NCBI GenBank assembly: GCA_041736305.1
Contig: JBGSTX010000204.1
Span: forward strand, 1-29,931
Source of the DNA: Oligoflexus sp.
GTDB lineage: Bacteria; Bdellovibrionota_B; Oligoflexia; Oligoflexales; Oligoflexaceae
Direction: 5' to 3'
DNA length: 29,931 nucleotides
Under the pieces are notes generated by a model. It did not search any database, was not told the origin of the DNA, and saw only the letters and a program-made list of their open reading frames with translations. The translations under genes were made by a program, and so were the position numbers. Of the stretch, positions 9,241 through 18,729 are shown piece after piece. The number at the start of each line of letters is the position of its first letter. Position 1 is the stretch's first letter.

Positions 9241-10326
9241 ATGTTGCCATCTTTCAAGACCCAGCTGGTCTCCGGCGTCGGTCTGTTCCTGGCCGGTTCA
9301 GCTACAGCCGCAAGTCTCACCTACATGGGAATGCCCATCCAGGCTATCGACATGCACATGCACCCTGGTCGTTATGAGACCATCGGGCCGCTGGGTAAGG
9401 CTTTCGTTCTCAATTCACTGCCTAAGGCTATTCCTGACGCTGTGAAAGAGCAGATATTGAAAACGTCGAGTGCAGAAACGCTTGATCCCTACGGTAGTAT
9501 GGGCATCAAAAAGGAATGCGAAAAAGCTGGTATGGTTAGCTGTGGACTCTTTGCTGTCTATGCGCCAGCGACTTGGGGAGTCACCTCCAATGAAGACGTT
9601 TTTGGCTATCTCGATGACGCTCGCAATAAGGGTGCCGATGGTAAGCCTTATTTCTTCGGCCTCGCCGGCGTTCGCATGCAGAACTGGGATCTGCGCGAGA
9701 GCTTCGAAATCGACTCTCTGCGCAAAGCTCTCAAGCATCCTGGAATGAAAGGCATCAAGCTCGCCTTTATCCACAACGATATTCCTCTCGATGACGCGCA
9801 GTACGACTCCATCTATGAAGTCGCACGGGAAGCTAAAGTTCCCGTTTATCATCACGTCGGTTCGTCCCCACTCAGAAAGCTGACCGACTTCCCCGAGCTA
9901 GGCGAAGCAGAAGAATATATCAGCAGCTATGACCCAAGCCGCCTTGAGCGGGTTTTGAAAGCCTATCCTGACGTGACCTTTATCATGGGGCATATGGGAT
10001 TCGACTTCAACAATGAGGGCTATAACTTCACGCCCCAGGTTTACGATCTGGCGAGCCGTTACCCGAACGTGGTTCTCGAAATCTCAGCTTTCGGCCGTGC
10101 TACCTATGATCCAGAAGGCAAAGCTATGGACAGCGTGCTCAGCAACATCAAGGCCAAGGGTCTGGTAGGCCGCACGGTCTATGGTTCAGACGGTCCTGGT
10201 GCTCCTGGCGGCACAGAGAGATATGCTCAGGCTACGCTGAAAAGCCTTAGCCGTTCGGGCTACTCCTTCAAGGAAGCAGAAGCTGTGCTCTATGGGAATG
10301 CGCGCAGGGTCTTCAATCTGAAGTGA
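9241..10326 (+). CDS. Amidohydrolase_2 family metal-dependent hydrolase with predicted signal peptide
   Basis: IDMHMH, GIKL, PVYHHVG, IMGHMG, VYGSDGP; N-terminal ...GSATA-A cleavage-like site. Confidence 0.85.
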   Translation: MLPSFKTQLVSGVGLFLAGSATAASLTYMGMPIQAIDMHMHPGRYETIGPLGKAFVLNSLPKAIPDAVKEQILKTSSAETLDPYGSMGIKKECEKAGMVSCGLFAVYAPATWGVTSNEDVFGYLDDARNKGADGKPYFFGLAGVRMQNWDLRESFEIDSLRKALKHPGMKGIKLAFIHNDIPLDDAQYDSIYEVAREAKVPVYHHVGSSPLRKLTDFPELGEAEEYISSYDPSRLERVLKAYPDVTFIMGHMGFDFNNEGYNFTPQVYDLASRYPNVVLEISAFGRATYDPEGKAMDSVLSNIKAKGLVGRTVYGSDGPGAPGGTERYAQATLKSLSRSGYSFKEAEAVLYGNARRVFNLK

Positions 10327-10418
10327 TCGCCTATCCTTGTGAGCTCCGCGCTTGAGTTTCAGAGGCTGCCTCGTCCATAATAAAGAGGCTGCAATGGACC
10401 AGTGCGGAGTACCTCACA

Positions 10419-10913
10419 GTGATTCTTTATGAAAGCAACGAACTTGCGAAAATGATGTCTTCCAGCGTAGCTCCGGTCTTTTTGATCGCGGGCATCGCTG
10501 GTGTTCTCTCTATTATGTCGCTGCGCTATGGGCGAGTTATCGATCGAATCCGAACGCTGCTGCGAGAGGGGCCCAAACTCTACAAGCGCGAAATCAGCAA
10601 AAGCGACGAGCATCTCAGCAAAGAGCTCCATTCGCTCTACAAGCGAGCCAAGCTGTTACGCATGACGATCATACTCGAGGTGATCTCGATCTTTTGCGTG
10701 ACGATCACTATCCTTACGCTCTTCGCCTCCCTCAGCCTGGGTCTAGACTTCCGCATGGTTCCCATCGTCTTCTTCATGGGCGCCCTCTTTTTCCTCATCG
10801 TAGGGCTGATACTGTTTATTCAGGACTTCGCCCTATCGCTCGCTTGCATCAAACACGATATGAAGGTGCGCGCCGATCTCGAGGTTTCGGCGTCTGGCCA
10901 AGAGAGCTTTTAA
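10419..10913 (+). CDS. DUF2721-family membrane protein
   Basis: SVAPVFLIAGI...RYGRVIDRIR...L.KRAKL pattern with three TM segments. Confidence 0.75.
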   Translation: MILYESNELAKMMSSSVAPVFLIAGIAGVLSIMSLRYGRVIDRIRTLLREGPKLYKREISKSDEHLSKELHSLYKRAKLLRMTIILEVISIFCVTITILTLFASLSLGLDFRMVPIVFFMGALFFLIVGLILFIQDFALSLACIKHDMKVRADLEVSASGQESF

Positions 10914-10918
10914 GTCCC

Positions 10919-10957
10919 AAAAAAAGTTAGGCCCCTCGCGGAAGCGAGGAGCCTGTT
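10919..10957 (-). terminator. Intrinsic terminator of groES-groEL
   Basis: On the minus strand AGGCTCCTCGC-TTCC-GCGAGGGGCCT followed by a T run. Confidence 0.8.
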
Positions 10958-10979
10958 CGAGTCGAGACTCGAATCGTGC

Positions 10980-12611
10980 TTACATGTAGCTTTCGTCGTC
11001 GTGAGAATGACCTGCACCGCCGCCTTTGGATTTTTTCTCAGGCTTGTCGGTGATGAGGGCTTCGGTCGTCAAGAGTAGGGCAGCGACCGAGGCAGCGTTG
11101 GCAAGCGCCGTCTTGGTAACCTTGGCTGGATCGATGACGCCAGCCTTAAGAAGGTCTTCGTACTGCTCGGTATAGGCGTTGAAGCCGTAGCCGTCTTTGC
11201 CATTCCGAATTTTTTCGACGATAGGAGCGGGTTCGAGACCAGCGTTAAGCAGGATTTGCCGTAGTGGCTCTTCAACTGCGCGACGGATGATGTTCACGCC
11301 GTGCTGCTGATCGGTGCTCAATTTCAAGCCTTTGAGGGCTTCTTGGCAACGCAGGAGAGCGACTCCACCGCCGGCAACTACGCCCTCGGCGACAGCTGCG
11401 CGGGTCGAATGCAGAGCATCTTCAACGCGAGCCTTCTTCTCTTTCATCTCAGCTTCAGTCGCAGCGCCAACCGAAATCACCGCAACTCCGCCGACTAATT
11501 TAGCCAGACGTTCTTGCAATTTTTCTTTGTCATAATCGCTAGTCGACTCTTCGACGTGACGACGGATGAGCTTGACGCGGGCGTCGATGCTGGCCTTATC
11601 ACCGTTACCGCTGACGATAGTGGTGTTGTCTTTGTCGATGGTCACGCGCTTGGCGAAGCCCAGAGACTCGACGGAAGCATTTTCGAGCTTGAGGCCGAGG
11701 TCTTCAGCGATCAGTTCGCCACCGGTGAGGATAGCGATGTCTTCGAGCATGGCTTTGCGACGATCACCGAAAGCCGGAGCTTTGACGGCAGCAATGCGGA
11801 GGACGCCGCGCAGCTTGTTGACGACGAGCGCAGCGAGAGCCTCGCCTTCGATGTCTTCGGCGATGATCAGAAGTGGCTTCTGGAGGCGAGCTACCTTCTC
11901 CAGTACGGGCAGCAGCTCTTTCATGTTCGAGATTTTCTTCTCGCAGACGAGAATGAAAACGTCTTCCAACTCGACAGTCATACGCTCTGAATTGGTGACG
12001 AAATAAGGCGAGATATATCCACGATCGAACTGCATTCCCTCGACGACGTCGAGCACGGTTTCCATGCCCTTGGCTTCGTCGACGGTGATAACGCCGTCAC
12101 GACCGACTTTTTCCATCGCATCGGCGAGGATTTCACCGATTTCTCTATCGTTGTTGGCAGAAATGCTGCCGACGTGAGCGATCCCTTCGCGCGTGTCGCA
12201 GGGCTTAGCCATGCCTTCGATATACTTGAGGATGGCTGCAACCGCGATATCAACACCGCGCTTCAGTTCCATCGGGCTGTGACCGGCTGCTACCAGCTTA
12301 TTGCCTTCGCGGAAAATGGCCTGAGCCAGTACCGTAGCCGTCGTGGTTCCATCACCAGCTGTATCGGCTGTGCGTGACGCCACTTCTTTGACGAGCTGGA
12401 CGCCCATGTTTTCGAAGCGGTTGTCCAGTTCGATTTCTTTCGCTACCGTCACACCATCTTTGGTGATGAGGGGAGAGCCGAAAGATCGGCTAATCAAAAC
12501 ATTGCGGCCCTTTGGCCCCAACGTTACTTTCACTGCGTTAGCGAGAGTGTCGACGCCCCTGAGGATAGCATCGCGCGACTCGCTGCCGAAGTTGATCATT
12601 TTAACGCTCAT
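10980..12611 (-). CDS. groL: Chaperonin GroEL
   Basis: [54 protein letters not shown]. Confidence 0.99.
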   Translation of the reverse strand: MSVKMINFGSESRDAILRGVDTLANAVKVTLGPKGRNVLISRSFGSPLITKDGVTVAKEIELDNRFENMGVQLVKEVASRTADTAGDGTTTATVLAQAIFREGNKLVAAGHSPMELKRGVDIAVAAILKYIEGMAKPCDTREGIAHVGSISANNDREIGEILADAMEKVGRDGVITVDEAKGMETVLDVVEGMQFDRGYISPYFVTNSERMTVELEDVFILVCEKKISNMKELLPVLEKVARLQKPLLIIAEDIEGEALAALVVNKLRGVLRIAAVKAPAFGDRRKAMLEDIAILTGGELIAEDLGLKLENASVESLGFAKRVTIDKDNTTIVSGNGDKASIDARVKLIRRHVEESTSDYDKEKLQERLAKLVGGVAVISVGAATEAEMKEKKARVEDALHSTRAAVAEGVVAGGGVALLRCQEALKGLKLSTDQQHGVNIIRRAVEEPLRQILLNAGLEPAPIVEKIRNGKDGYGFNAYTEQYEDLLKAGVIDPAKVTKTALANAASVAALLLTTEALITDKPEKKSKGGGAGHSHDDESYM

Positions 12612-12643
12612 TCAAAATTCTCCTTGGTTGATGACAAGTTCGA

Positions 12644-12931
12644 TCAGTCAAGAACCGCGAGCACGTCATCTTCCCGCATGATGAGGTGGTCGTCGCCACT
12701 GATCTTGATTTCGTTGCCGGCGTACTTCGAGTAAAGAACGCGGTCGCCAGCCTTCAGTTCAGGCTTAACAACTTTGCCGTCCTTGAGGACCCGACCATTG
12801 CCGACAGCGATAACCTGACCTTCAACCGGCTTTTCCTGCGCGTTATCCGGGATAATGATCCCGCCTGCAGTCTTGGTTTCACCGATCAGTGGCTTTATTA
12901 CGACTCGATCCTGTAAAGGTCTCACCTTCAT
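12644..12931 (-). CDS. groS: Co-chaperonin GroES
   Basis: RPLQDRV, KTAGGIIIPD, YSKYAGNE. Confidence 0.99.
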   Translation of the reverse strand: MKVRPLQDRVVIKPLIGETKTAGGIIIPDNAQEKPVEGQVIAVGNGRVLKDGKVVKPELKAGDRVLYSKYAGNEIKISGDDHLIMREDDVLAVLD

Positions 12932-12984
12932 AGTTTTTTCTCCTCGTTAATAGACAGGCTTAGAATTTCAAAAATTCAGAGCTT

Positions 12985-13012
12985 AAAGTAAAGCTCCTCC
13001 TGGATCTGTCAA
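12985..13012 (-). promoter_or_regulatory. Putative sigma70-type promoter of groESL
   Basis: TTGACA-N16-TACTTT on the minus strand; no CIRCE repeat seen. Confidence 0.5.
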
Positions 13013-13168
13013 CCGACCCTTGCAAATATTTGAAGCACGAGCTGGCGTGGAGAGCCTTCAAGGTGTCATTTTGCCGAGATGAGGAACCGAGACTTTTAGT
13101 CGCTTTAAATGGAGGAGCTTCTGTTATACTGCCCAACGGCGATGCTAAGTGCGAAAAGGACAGCTAGT

Positions 13169-13654
13169 ATGGGCTTGGTTCCCTCGTATCACGTTTCAAA
13201 TTTTTCCAATATGTTGGTGGTCGGTTGGCGCGAATGGGTGGCTTTACCAGCTCTCGGCGTCGACCGAATTAAGGCTAAGATCGACACGGGGGCGCGTACA
13301 TCGACCTTGCACGCCTTCGATATCGAAATTGTGAAGGTCCGCGGCAAAGAAGTGGTACGATTCAAAGTCCACCCTTTGCAGCGCCAAAGTAAGCGGGTGA
13401 TTGTCTGTCAAGCTGATCTAGTTGATGAACGTTTGGTGCGGAGCTCTTCAGGTCATTCTACTCTTCGACCCGTTATCATGACAAAGATTCAGGTGGGGCC
13501 TTGGTCCTGGGACATCGAAATCACGCTGACCAACCGCGATAAAATGGGATTTCGTATGCTGATAGGACGCCAAGCCATACGCAAACATTTGCTGGTTCAC
13601 CCCGGAAAGTCTTTTATCCTTGGGGCGCGTAAACGGAAAATCGAGGTTATTTGA
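13169..13654 (+). CDS. RimB-like retropepsin-fold protease ('ATP-dependent zinc protease' family)
   Basis: [26 protein letters not shown]...[19 protein letters not shown]; stop overlaps the rimK start (TGATG). Start at 13169 chosen for its AAAAGGA RBS. Confidence 0.9.
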   Translation: MGLVPSYHVSNFSNMLVVGWREWVALPALGVDRIKAKIDTGARTSTLHAFDIEIVKVRGKEVVRFKVHPLQRQSKRVIVCQADLVDERLVRSSSGHSTLRPVIMTKIQVGPWSWDIEITLTNRDKMGFRMLIGRQAIRKHLLVHPGKSFILGARKRKIEVI

Positions 13655-14571
13655 TGAAGCTTACTATCCTTTCCCGCAAGAAGGATCTGTACTCGACCCG
13701 GCGTCTCGTAGAGGCTGCCGAGCAGCGCGGTCATCAGATTCGCGTGATCGATTACCTTCGCTGCTACATGAATATTACTTCGACCGATCCGAAGATTTTC
13801 TATGGGCATCAGGAAATCACCGGTGTCGATGCAGTGATTCCTCGCATTGGAGCTTCCTATACCTTCTACGGAACGGCTGTCGTACGGCAGTTCGAATTGA
13901 TGAATATTTTCGTCATCAACACTTCGCAGGCAATCGCCCGCTCGCGCGACAAGCTGCGCTGTCTGCAGAAGCTCGCTAAAGCCGGCATCAATCTGCCGGT
14001 GACCGGCTGTGCTCACAGCACCAAAGACGTCGATGGTCTCATTGAAGTCGCTGGTGGAGCACCCCTGGTGGTCTAGCTCCTCGAGGGCACCCTGGGGATC
14101 GGTGTCGTGCTGGCTGAAACTAAAAAAGCGGCTGAGTCGGTCATCGAAGCTTTTCGGGGTCTCGACGCCAATATCATCGTGCAGGAATTTATTCGCGAAG
14201 CTGCCGGCAGCGATATTCGCTGCTTCGTCGTTGGTGATCGGGTCGTCGCGTCGATGATGCGGAAGGCTGCCGAAGGCGAATTCCGTTCGAATCTTCACCG
14301 CGGCGGCAGCGGCCATCTGGTCGACATTACGGAAGCTGAGCGGGTCATGGCAGTAAAAGCGGCACAAGTCATGGGACTGGAAGTGGCTGGAGTCGATATT
14401 CTGCGTTCCTCGCGAGGCCCTGTGATTATGGAAGTGAATTCGTCGCCGGGACTCGAGGGTATTGAAAAGACCAGCAAGCTTAATGTAGCAGGTATGATTA
14501 TCGAGCACATTGAGAAGCGTTTGCTAGAGATAGCCGAACGACCGCGCCCGGACGAGGAAGTTTGTCAGTAG
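13654..14571 (+). pseudogene. rimK: RimK alpha-L-glutamate ligase interrupted by an in-frame TAG at 14074-14076 (true pseudogene or sequence error)
   Basis: The two track ORFs (13651-14076 and 14107-14571) are one frame: [76 protein letters not shown]. Confidence 0.9.
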
Positions 14572-14597
14572 TTGCTAAGAGACGGGGAGGTCGGCCT

Positions 14598-15635
14598 TTG
14601 CCAGATAACGTATGCTCCTTTCGAGATTTTCTTAAACAGAGTCTGAAGGATACTGAAGTCTTCCGCGGCGTTGAACGAAAGGTCGATCTCTTGCTCGAGA
14701 TCGTGCTGCTTCTCACCAATTATCAGGAAGAGGGGATCAGCCTCTTTCCCGTCATTTTCGTGAGCGATTCGCTCGAACGGATCATGAAAGATCTGCATGG
14801 GCTGGAAGCGATCCATATCGGTGAGGGCCCTAATCAACGCGAGACTTTTATCCGGGCTTTCAAAGCCTGCGCTCCGTTGGGAGAGGATCGCTTGTGGGCT
14901 GTCGCGATCATCGTGAAGGGTGATCGTATAAGCTATGGCATTTTCCGTTCTGATGCCTCGCCTCTAGCTCCTTCCGTATTCGAGCGTCTCAGAGGCATGA
15001 TGGTACCCGAAGGCGGAATAGTCGGACTCACCCGTCTCGGCAATAATTTTGTTGAAATTCGCAGCAGCAATGGCAAGTTTCAGTATATCAACGTCTCAGG
15101 TCTAGCTGGCGATGAGCACCATCCGGTCCAGGTCATCCGGGCTTTTGTTGAGACGGTCTCTAGCGATAGCAAGCCCGAACTCAAAAACTTGGTCCAGTCC
15201 TTCTACTATCGTCTCGGCATGGATATACTGCACGGAACGCACGGAACCTTGATCGCCATTCAGAAGACCGGGCTCGCCATCCCCGAGTTTCTCGAAGATG
15301 GCATCCACCTGCGGCCTTCGCTGAAGATCGCTGAAGCCATAGAATCTATCGCAGCCACACCCCATAATCGCGAGTCCTATTTGCGGCTCTTGTCCTATGG
15401 CCAGCTCCTCCGCAAGCTAACTTGGTTGGACGGTATCACTCTCCTCGATACCGAAGGCAGCCTCTTAGCTTATCGCTGTTTCATCCGCGGAGCTGCTCCC
15501 GATCCTCTCACGCTCCATTTTGGAGGCGCCCGCAGCCGGGCCTATGACGTCATGCAACGCTATGTTCCCTCTCGCCTCTCGGGGGCGTTCTCTAAGTCTC
15601 AAGACGGTCAGATGAATTTTCGTGCTTCGAAATAA
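14598..15635 (+). CDS. Uncharacterised protein with C-terminal DisA_N/diadenylate-cyclase-like domain
   Basis: HGTLIAI...WLDGITLLD...GGARSRAY...SQDG follows the DAC motif order (GALIV, DGA, G-x-RHR-A, S-x-D/E-G). TTG start at 14598 follows a GGGGAGG RBS. Confidence 0.6.
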   Translation: MPDNVCSFRDFLKQSLKDTEVFRGVERKVDLLLEIVLLLTNYQEEGISLFPVIFVSDSLERIMKDLHGLEAIHIGEGPNQRETFIRAFKACAPLGEDRLWAVAIIVKGDRISYGIFRSDASPLAPSVFERLRGMMVPEGGIVGLTRLGNNFVEIRSSNGKFQYINVSGLAGDEHHPVQVIRAFVETVSSDSKPELKNLVQSFYYRLGMDILHGTHGTLIAIQKTGLAIPEFLEDGIHLRPSLKIAEAIESIAATPHNRESYLRLLSYGQLLRKLTWLDGITLLDTEGSLLAYRCFIRGAAPDPLTLHFGGARSRAYDVMQRYVPSRLSGAFSKSQDGQMNFRASK

Positions 15636-15643
15636 TATGCTGT

Positions 15644-15671
15644 GAAGGAAGGGGCTTTTGGCCCCTTCTTC
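15644..15671. terminator. Hairpin between convergent DAC-like gene and hsp20
   Basis: GAAGGGGC-TTTTG-GCCCCTTC stem-loop. Confidence 0.6.
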
Positions 15672-15679
15672 GTCAGTCG

Positions 15680-16240
15680 TTAAGCAAGAGCCCGGTTTAG
15701 TTCGTCGGAAGTAGCCTTCTCGGCTCCCGTATCGCTGAGCAGGGATTCAAAAAGTCTGCCTTTACCTTCTCCAATCGTCAGGCGCTTCGGCTGAATCGGC
15801 TCCGCTTTGGGGACGAGAATGTAGAGGACGCCATTCTCATAGTTAGCTTCTATCTCTTCCCCTTTAACGTTTTCAGGTAGTGTAAAAGCTCGCTTGAATT
15901 CACCGTGCCGGCGTTCTTGCCAACGAGCTCGCTGATCGCCCGCTGTGGCCTCGGGATTGCGCGTTCCACCCACTGTCAAAGTTTTCTGCTTCAGTTCTAT
16001 ATTTATATCTTCTTTCTTAAATCCTGGTAGATCAAAGCTCAGAAGAAAGGCCTTGTCGCTCTCTTGAATATCGCAGGCCGCCAAGTGGCCGAGTTGCGAT
16101 TCTTGCGTTCGACGCCCTTGTGTTCCTCGGCTATCAAATGCCTGAAAAAACGTATCAAAGTCGCGTGTGACTGCATCCCAGGTCGATAGCAATGAACGAG
16201 GATAAGAGTCTTGAGGACGGCGCAGCTCGAAACTTAGCAT
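15680..16240 (-). CDS. Hsp20/alpha-crystallin small heat shock protein
   Basis: DLPGFKKEDI, ERRHGEFKRAFTLP, ANYENGVLYILVPK, IxI-like LTI. Start at ATG 16240 after AAGGAGA, not 16375. Confidence 0.93.
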   Translation of the reverse strand: MLSFELRRPQDSYPRSLLSTWDAVTRDFDTFFQAFDSRGTQGRRTQESQLGHLAACDIQESDKAFLLSFDLPGFKKEDINIELKQKTLTVGGTRNPEATAGDQRARWQERRHGEFKRAFTLPENVKGEEIEANYENGVLYILVPKAEPIQPKRLTIGEGKGRLFESLLSDTGAEKATSDELNRALA

Positions 16241-16395
16241 AGTGAAATCTCCTTGGTTTTGATTCACTTGGGAGATTCGTTTTTCTCTCCCCTTTCCTGA
16301 ATCAAACTTAATTCGCCTTTTCTCGGCGTCAAGGAGCGAAGGCCGCAATTTTTTTGATTGCGGATTTTTATCCAAAGATTAGGGGCTGATATGTC

Positions 16396-16869
16396 TTATT
16401 CGCTGGCGTCGAGACGGAGGTCCTGAAACTTGCGGCGCTGATCGGGAGAAAGAATTTCACGAATCTTCAAACTTTTTTCGAAGGTCAGATTCTGCAGCTC
16501 GAGGTAATTCTTCTGGAGCGATTCAAATTTTTTTCTGATGTCGTCTATCTGAGAATTTCCTGTCATAGCCAAATTCAACTCTTGGCGAGCGGCTCTTAAG
16601 TTTTCTTTAAGCTGACGCTCTTTCTCACCCTTCCAGTTCTTGTGCATTTCAATTATTGCGGCGTTTTGATTATCAGTCAGGTTGAGAGAGTTTAGTCGCT
16701 GCATGAGATTGGTTTTGGCGTTCGGGTTGTTACTAGGGGCCTCGCTGACTCCGTTGCCAGGCTCCTCGAGGCTTTTAGGGCTCATGGGCACGGCTTGAGC
16801 CATGAGGTTAGGGAAGAAGAGCATGGAGGCGAAGGAGGCAGCCGAAAAGTAGCGATTGAAGTGGCGCAC
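16396..16869 (-). CDS. Spy/CpxP-family periplasmic protein
   Basis: Signal peptide, paired LTxxQ-type motifs (LNLTDNQ, ILSPDQR), helical character. Confidence 0.8.
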   Translation of the reverse strand: MRHFNRYFSAASFASMLFFPNLMAQAVPMSPKSLEEPGNGVSEAPSNNPNAKTNLMQRLNSLNLTDNQNAAIIEMHKNWKGEKERQLKENLRAARQELNLAMTGNSQIDDIRKKFESLQKNYLELQNLTFEKSLKIREILSPDQRRKFQDLRLDASE

Positions 16870-16917
16870 GAGAAACGACCTTTCACTAGCTTAAGCATCG
16901 ATGCCGATGCGAATTTT

Positions 16918-17529
16918 TTAATCGATCAGAACCAGATCACCACGTTCGAGGATGAAGTTGTCGAGCAAAGCTTCTCCCTCGCGAACTTTACTATACGTAG
17001 TCTCAAAGCGCTTTTTACTACCGTCAGCCGTTTCGCGGACGATGACGACGCGCGAAACCGTGTCGGCCGCAACTCCGCCAGCCAAAGCTAGTCCTTGGAG
17101 AAGGGTAGTCTTTGTCTCCAAGCGATAGGTACCCGGACGCTGCACGCGGCCTGAAAAGTAAACGACGTAACTGTTTAGCTGCGAAACGCTGACCGCGACG
17201 CGTGGGGAAGATACTTGAGGTCGCATCTTGAGGACGATCGATTCCCGCAGCTGGCTTTCGGTAAGACCTTTGGCCCGCACGACTCCAGCGACAGGCAGCG
17301 ATATGTTCCCAGAAGGCGAAACACGGTAGACTCCATTGAGATCGCTTTTGTTTTGTACAGTAATGGCAACCACATCATTAGCGTCGATGAGGTATTCGCC
17401 CCACTCAGTAAAAGTCTTGCTCTTAGGCGCAGCGCTCAAATCAGGAGCCACGCTCTGGGGCGCTTTGGTTTTGCAAGCTGCTGCCCCTAGAAGAAGCATA
17501 CTGCCTATGATAAGAGGCAAGGTCCGCAT
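16918..17529 (-). CDS. Short polysaccharide export (OPX/Wza-like) lipoprotein: Poly_export plus one SLBB domain
   Basis: Lipobox AAAC, EYLIDANDVVAI, VSPSGNISLP..G...AKGLT, GRVQRPGTY, LALAGG, LERGDLV. Confidence 0.85.
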   Translation of the reverse strand: MRTLPLIIGSMLLLGAAACKTKAPQSVAPDLSAAPKSKTFTEWGEYLIDANDVVAITVQNKSDLNGVYRVSPSGNISLPVAGVVRAKGLTESQLRESIVLKMRPQVSSPRVAVSVSQLNSYVVYFSGRVQRPGTYRLETKTTLLQGLALAGGVAADTVSRVVIVRETADGSKKRFETTYSKVREGEALLDNFILERGDLVLID

Positions 17530-17684
17530 GGCCTACTCCCTGTTCTCGGTAAACTCTAGGTAGGCATCGGAAGTCTTTGGGAAAACCTAAGGTGGTGTCG
17601 CGGCAGCTCGCGTTTGAGATATTTTATATCATTGGAATTACTGATTAATTTACTGATTTAAAATAAGGCCCCAAGAAGTCTTTT

Positions 17685-18674
17685 TTATTTTTTTTGCTGA
17701 GTAGTTTGCTCTTCCGTACAGCGAGCCTCTACCAAGCCCCAGTCTTTCTTGGACCAGCGCTGCTTTTCGCTACTGTAGTAGAAAGAAAGGCCGTCTAGCG
17801 CATAGGTGATCGCTTCTTGCTGGTCGAGAGTCTGCAATTTAATGAAGCGTTGATAGGGGTACCAGTCGCGAGCTTCTTTCTGAAATCCTTCGAGTGGGCT
17901 TTGTGAGAGTTCAACTGCCCCCTGCCAGTTGATGAGGAGGAGACGTTCGCCTGAAGGATGGTGGGCGGCACCGGTGATCTTGCCGAAAGGGAGGCGACCC
18001 AGCGGTTGCGCTATAAGGGCCCCCTCGCCAAAGGGCTGGCGGAGTTCAAAAACCTGGCTTTTGCCCTTCTGCTTGGTGAAGAGATGAATGTTGCCACTGC
18101 GAGGGTGCACCGCCAAGGCTTCGACGTCGAAGCGCTCGTTGCCCTCGTACTTAAAGTGCAGAGTCTGGCGCCGCGGAATCCCATCGAAGAGTCGAGCCTC
18201 TTCGATAATGTGTATCTGGTGGTCCGAGCGAAGGCGGAGGTTATCGCCCGTGTCGGCGATATATAGGCACGAACCCGACCAGGGACAGGGTCCGCTCGCG
18301 ATATCTTCGACGTCGCTGTTTCGGTCTCCAAAACGGATTTTGCCCTGCAGCTGCCCTCGCGCATTAGTGATGAGGAGATCAGGGTTATTGCCAGAGTCGG
18401 TGATGTGATAGAGCGTATCCGCCCAATGCCGCGACCAGGCCAGGCCGCTCATCTCTTCGAGCAGGGGCGAGAGGTTCACACCCTCGTTCAGTCGAAAGTC
18501 CCATTTGCTGCAGAGAGCTGGGCTAATAGGGCTGGGGGCTAGCAGGGCCGGAGGAGGGGGAAGCTGAGGCTTCACCTGAGCCTGCTGCGAGATCGAAGGA
18601 GAAGGCGCCCAGAGCGCCAGGAGCCAGCTGAGACTGAGGAGTCCGCCGCCGTAGAAGATTAGATCTCGCCGCAT
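17685..18674 (-). CDS. Exported/membrane-anchored beta-propeller-like hypothetical protein
   Basis: N-terminal hydrophobic segment, Pro-rich linker, repeated blade-like motifs EMSGL, DSGN, DVEDIA, LYIADTGDN, DVEALA, QEAIT. Confidence 0.65.
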   Translation of the reverse strand: MRRDLIFYGGGLLSLSWLLALWAPSPSISQQAQVKPQLPPPPALLAPSPISPALCSKWDFRLNEGVNLSPLLEEMSGLAWSRHWADTLYHITDSGNNPDLLITNARGQLQGKIRFGDRNSDVEDIASGPCPWSGSCLYIADTGDNLRLRSDHQIHIIEEARLFDGIPRRQTLHFKYEGNERFDVEALAVHPRSGNIHLFTKQKGKSQVFELRQPFGEGALIAQPLGRLPFGKITGAAHHPSGERLLLINWQGAVELSQSPLEGFQKEARDWYPYQRFIKLQTLDQQEAITYALDGLSFYYSSEKQRWSKKDWGLVEARCTEEQTTQQKK

Positions 18675-18729
18675 CGTGCCGTTTCCCTTCCGTGAGATGA
18701 ACTATTATAGCACGGCTGCGGACGGAGTC

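Noticed and set aside
12932..13100. CIRCE/HrcA operator upstream of groES (also looked upstream of hsp20)
   Set aside because: No TTAGCACTC-N9-GAGTGCTAA-like inverted repeat found by eye
14074..14076. Genome-wide TAG reassignment or pyrrolysine explaining the rimK stop
   Set aside because: TAG ends other genes at expected positions (coxC 6390, rimK 14571, SprT gene 19513); no pyl genes or suppressor tRNA in the window
13597..14508. 303-aa minus-strand ORF over rimK, and similar long antisense ORFs over coxC (5497-6222) and groEL
   Set aside because: Shadow frames of well-supported genes with no recognisable motifs
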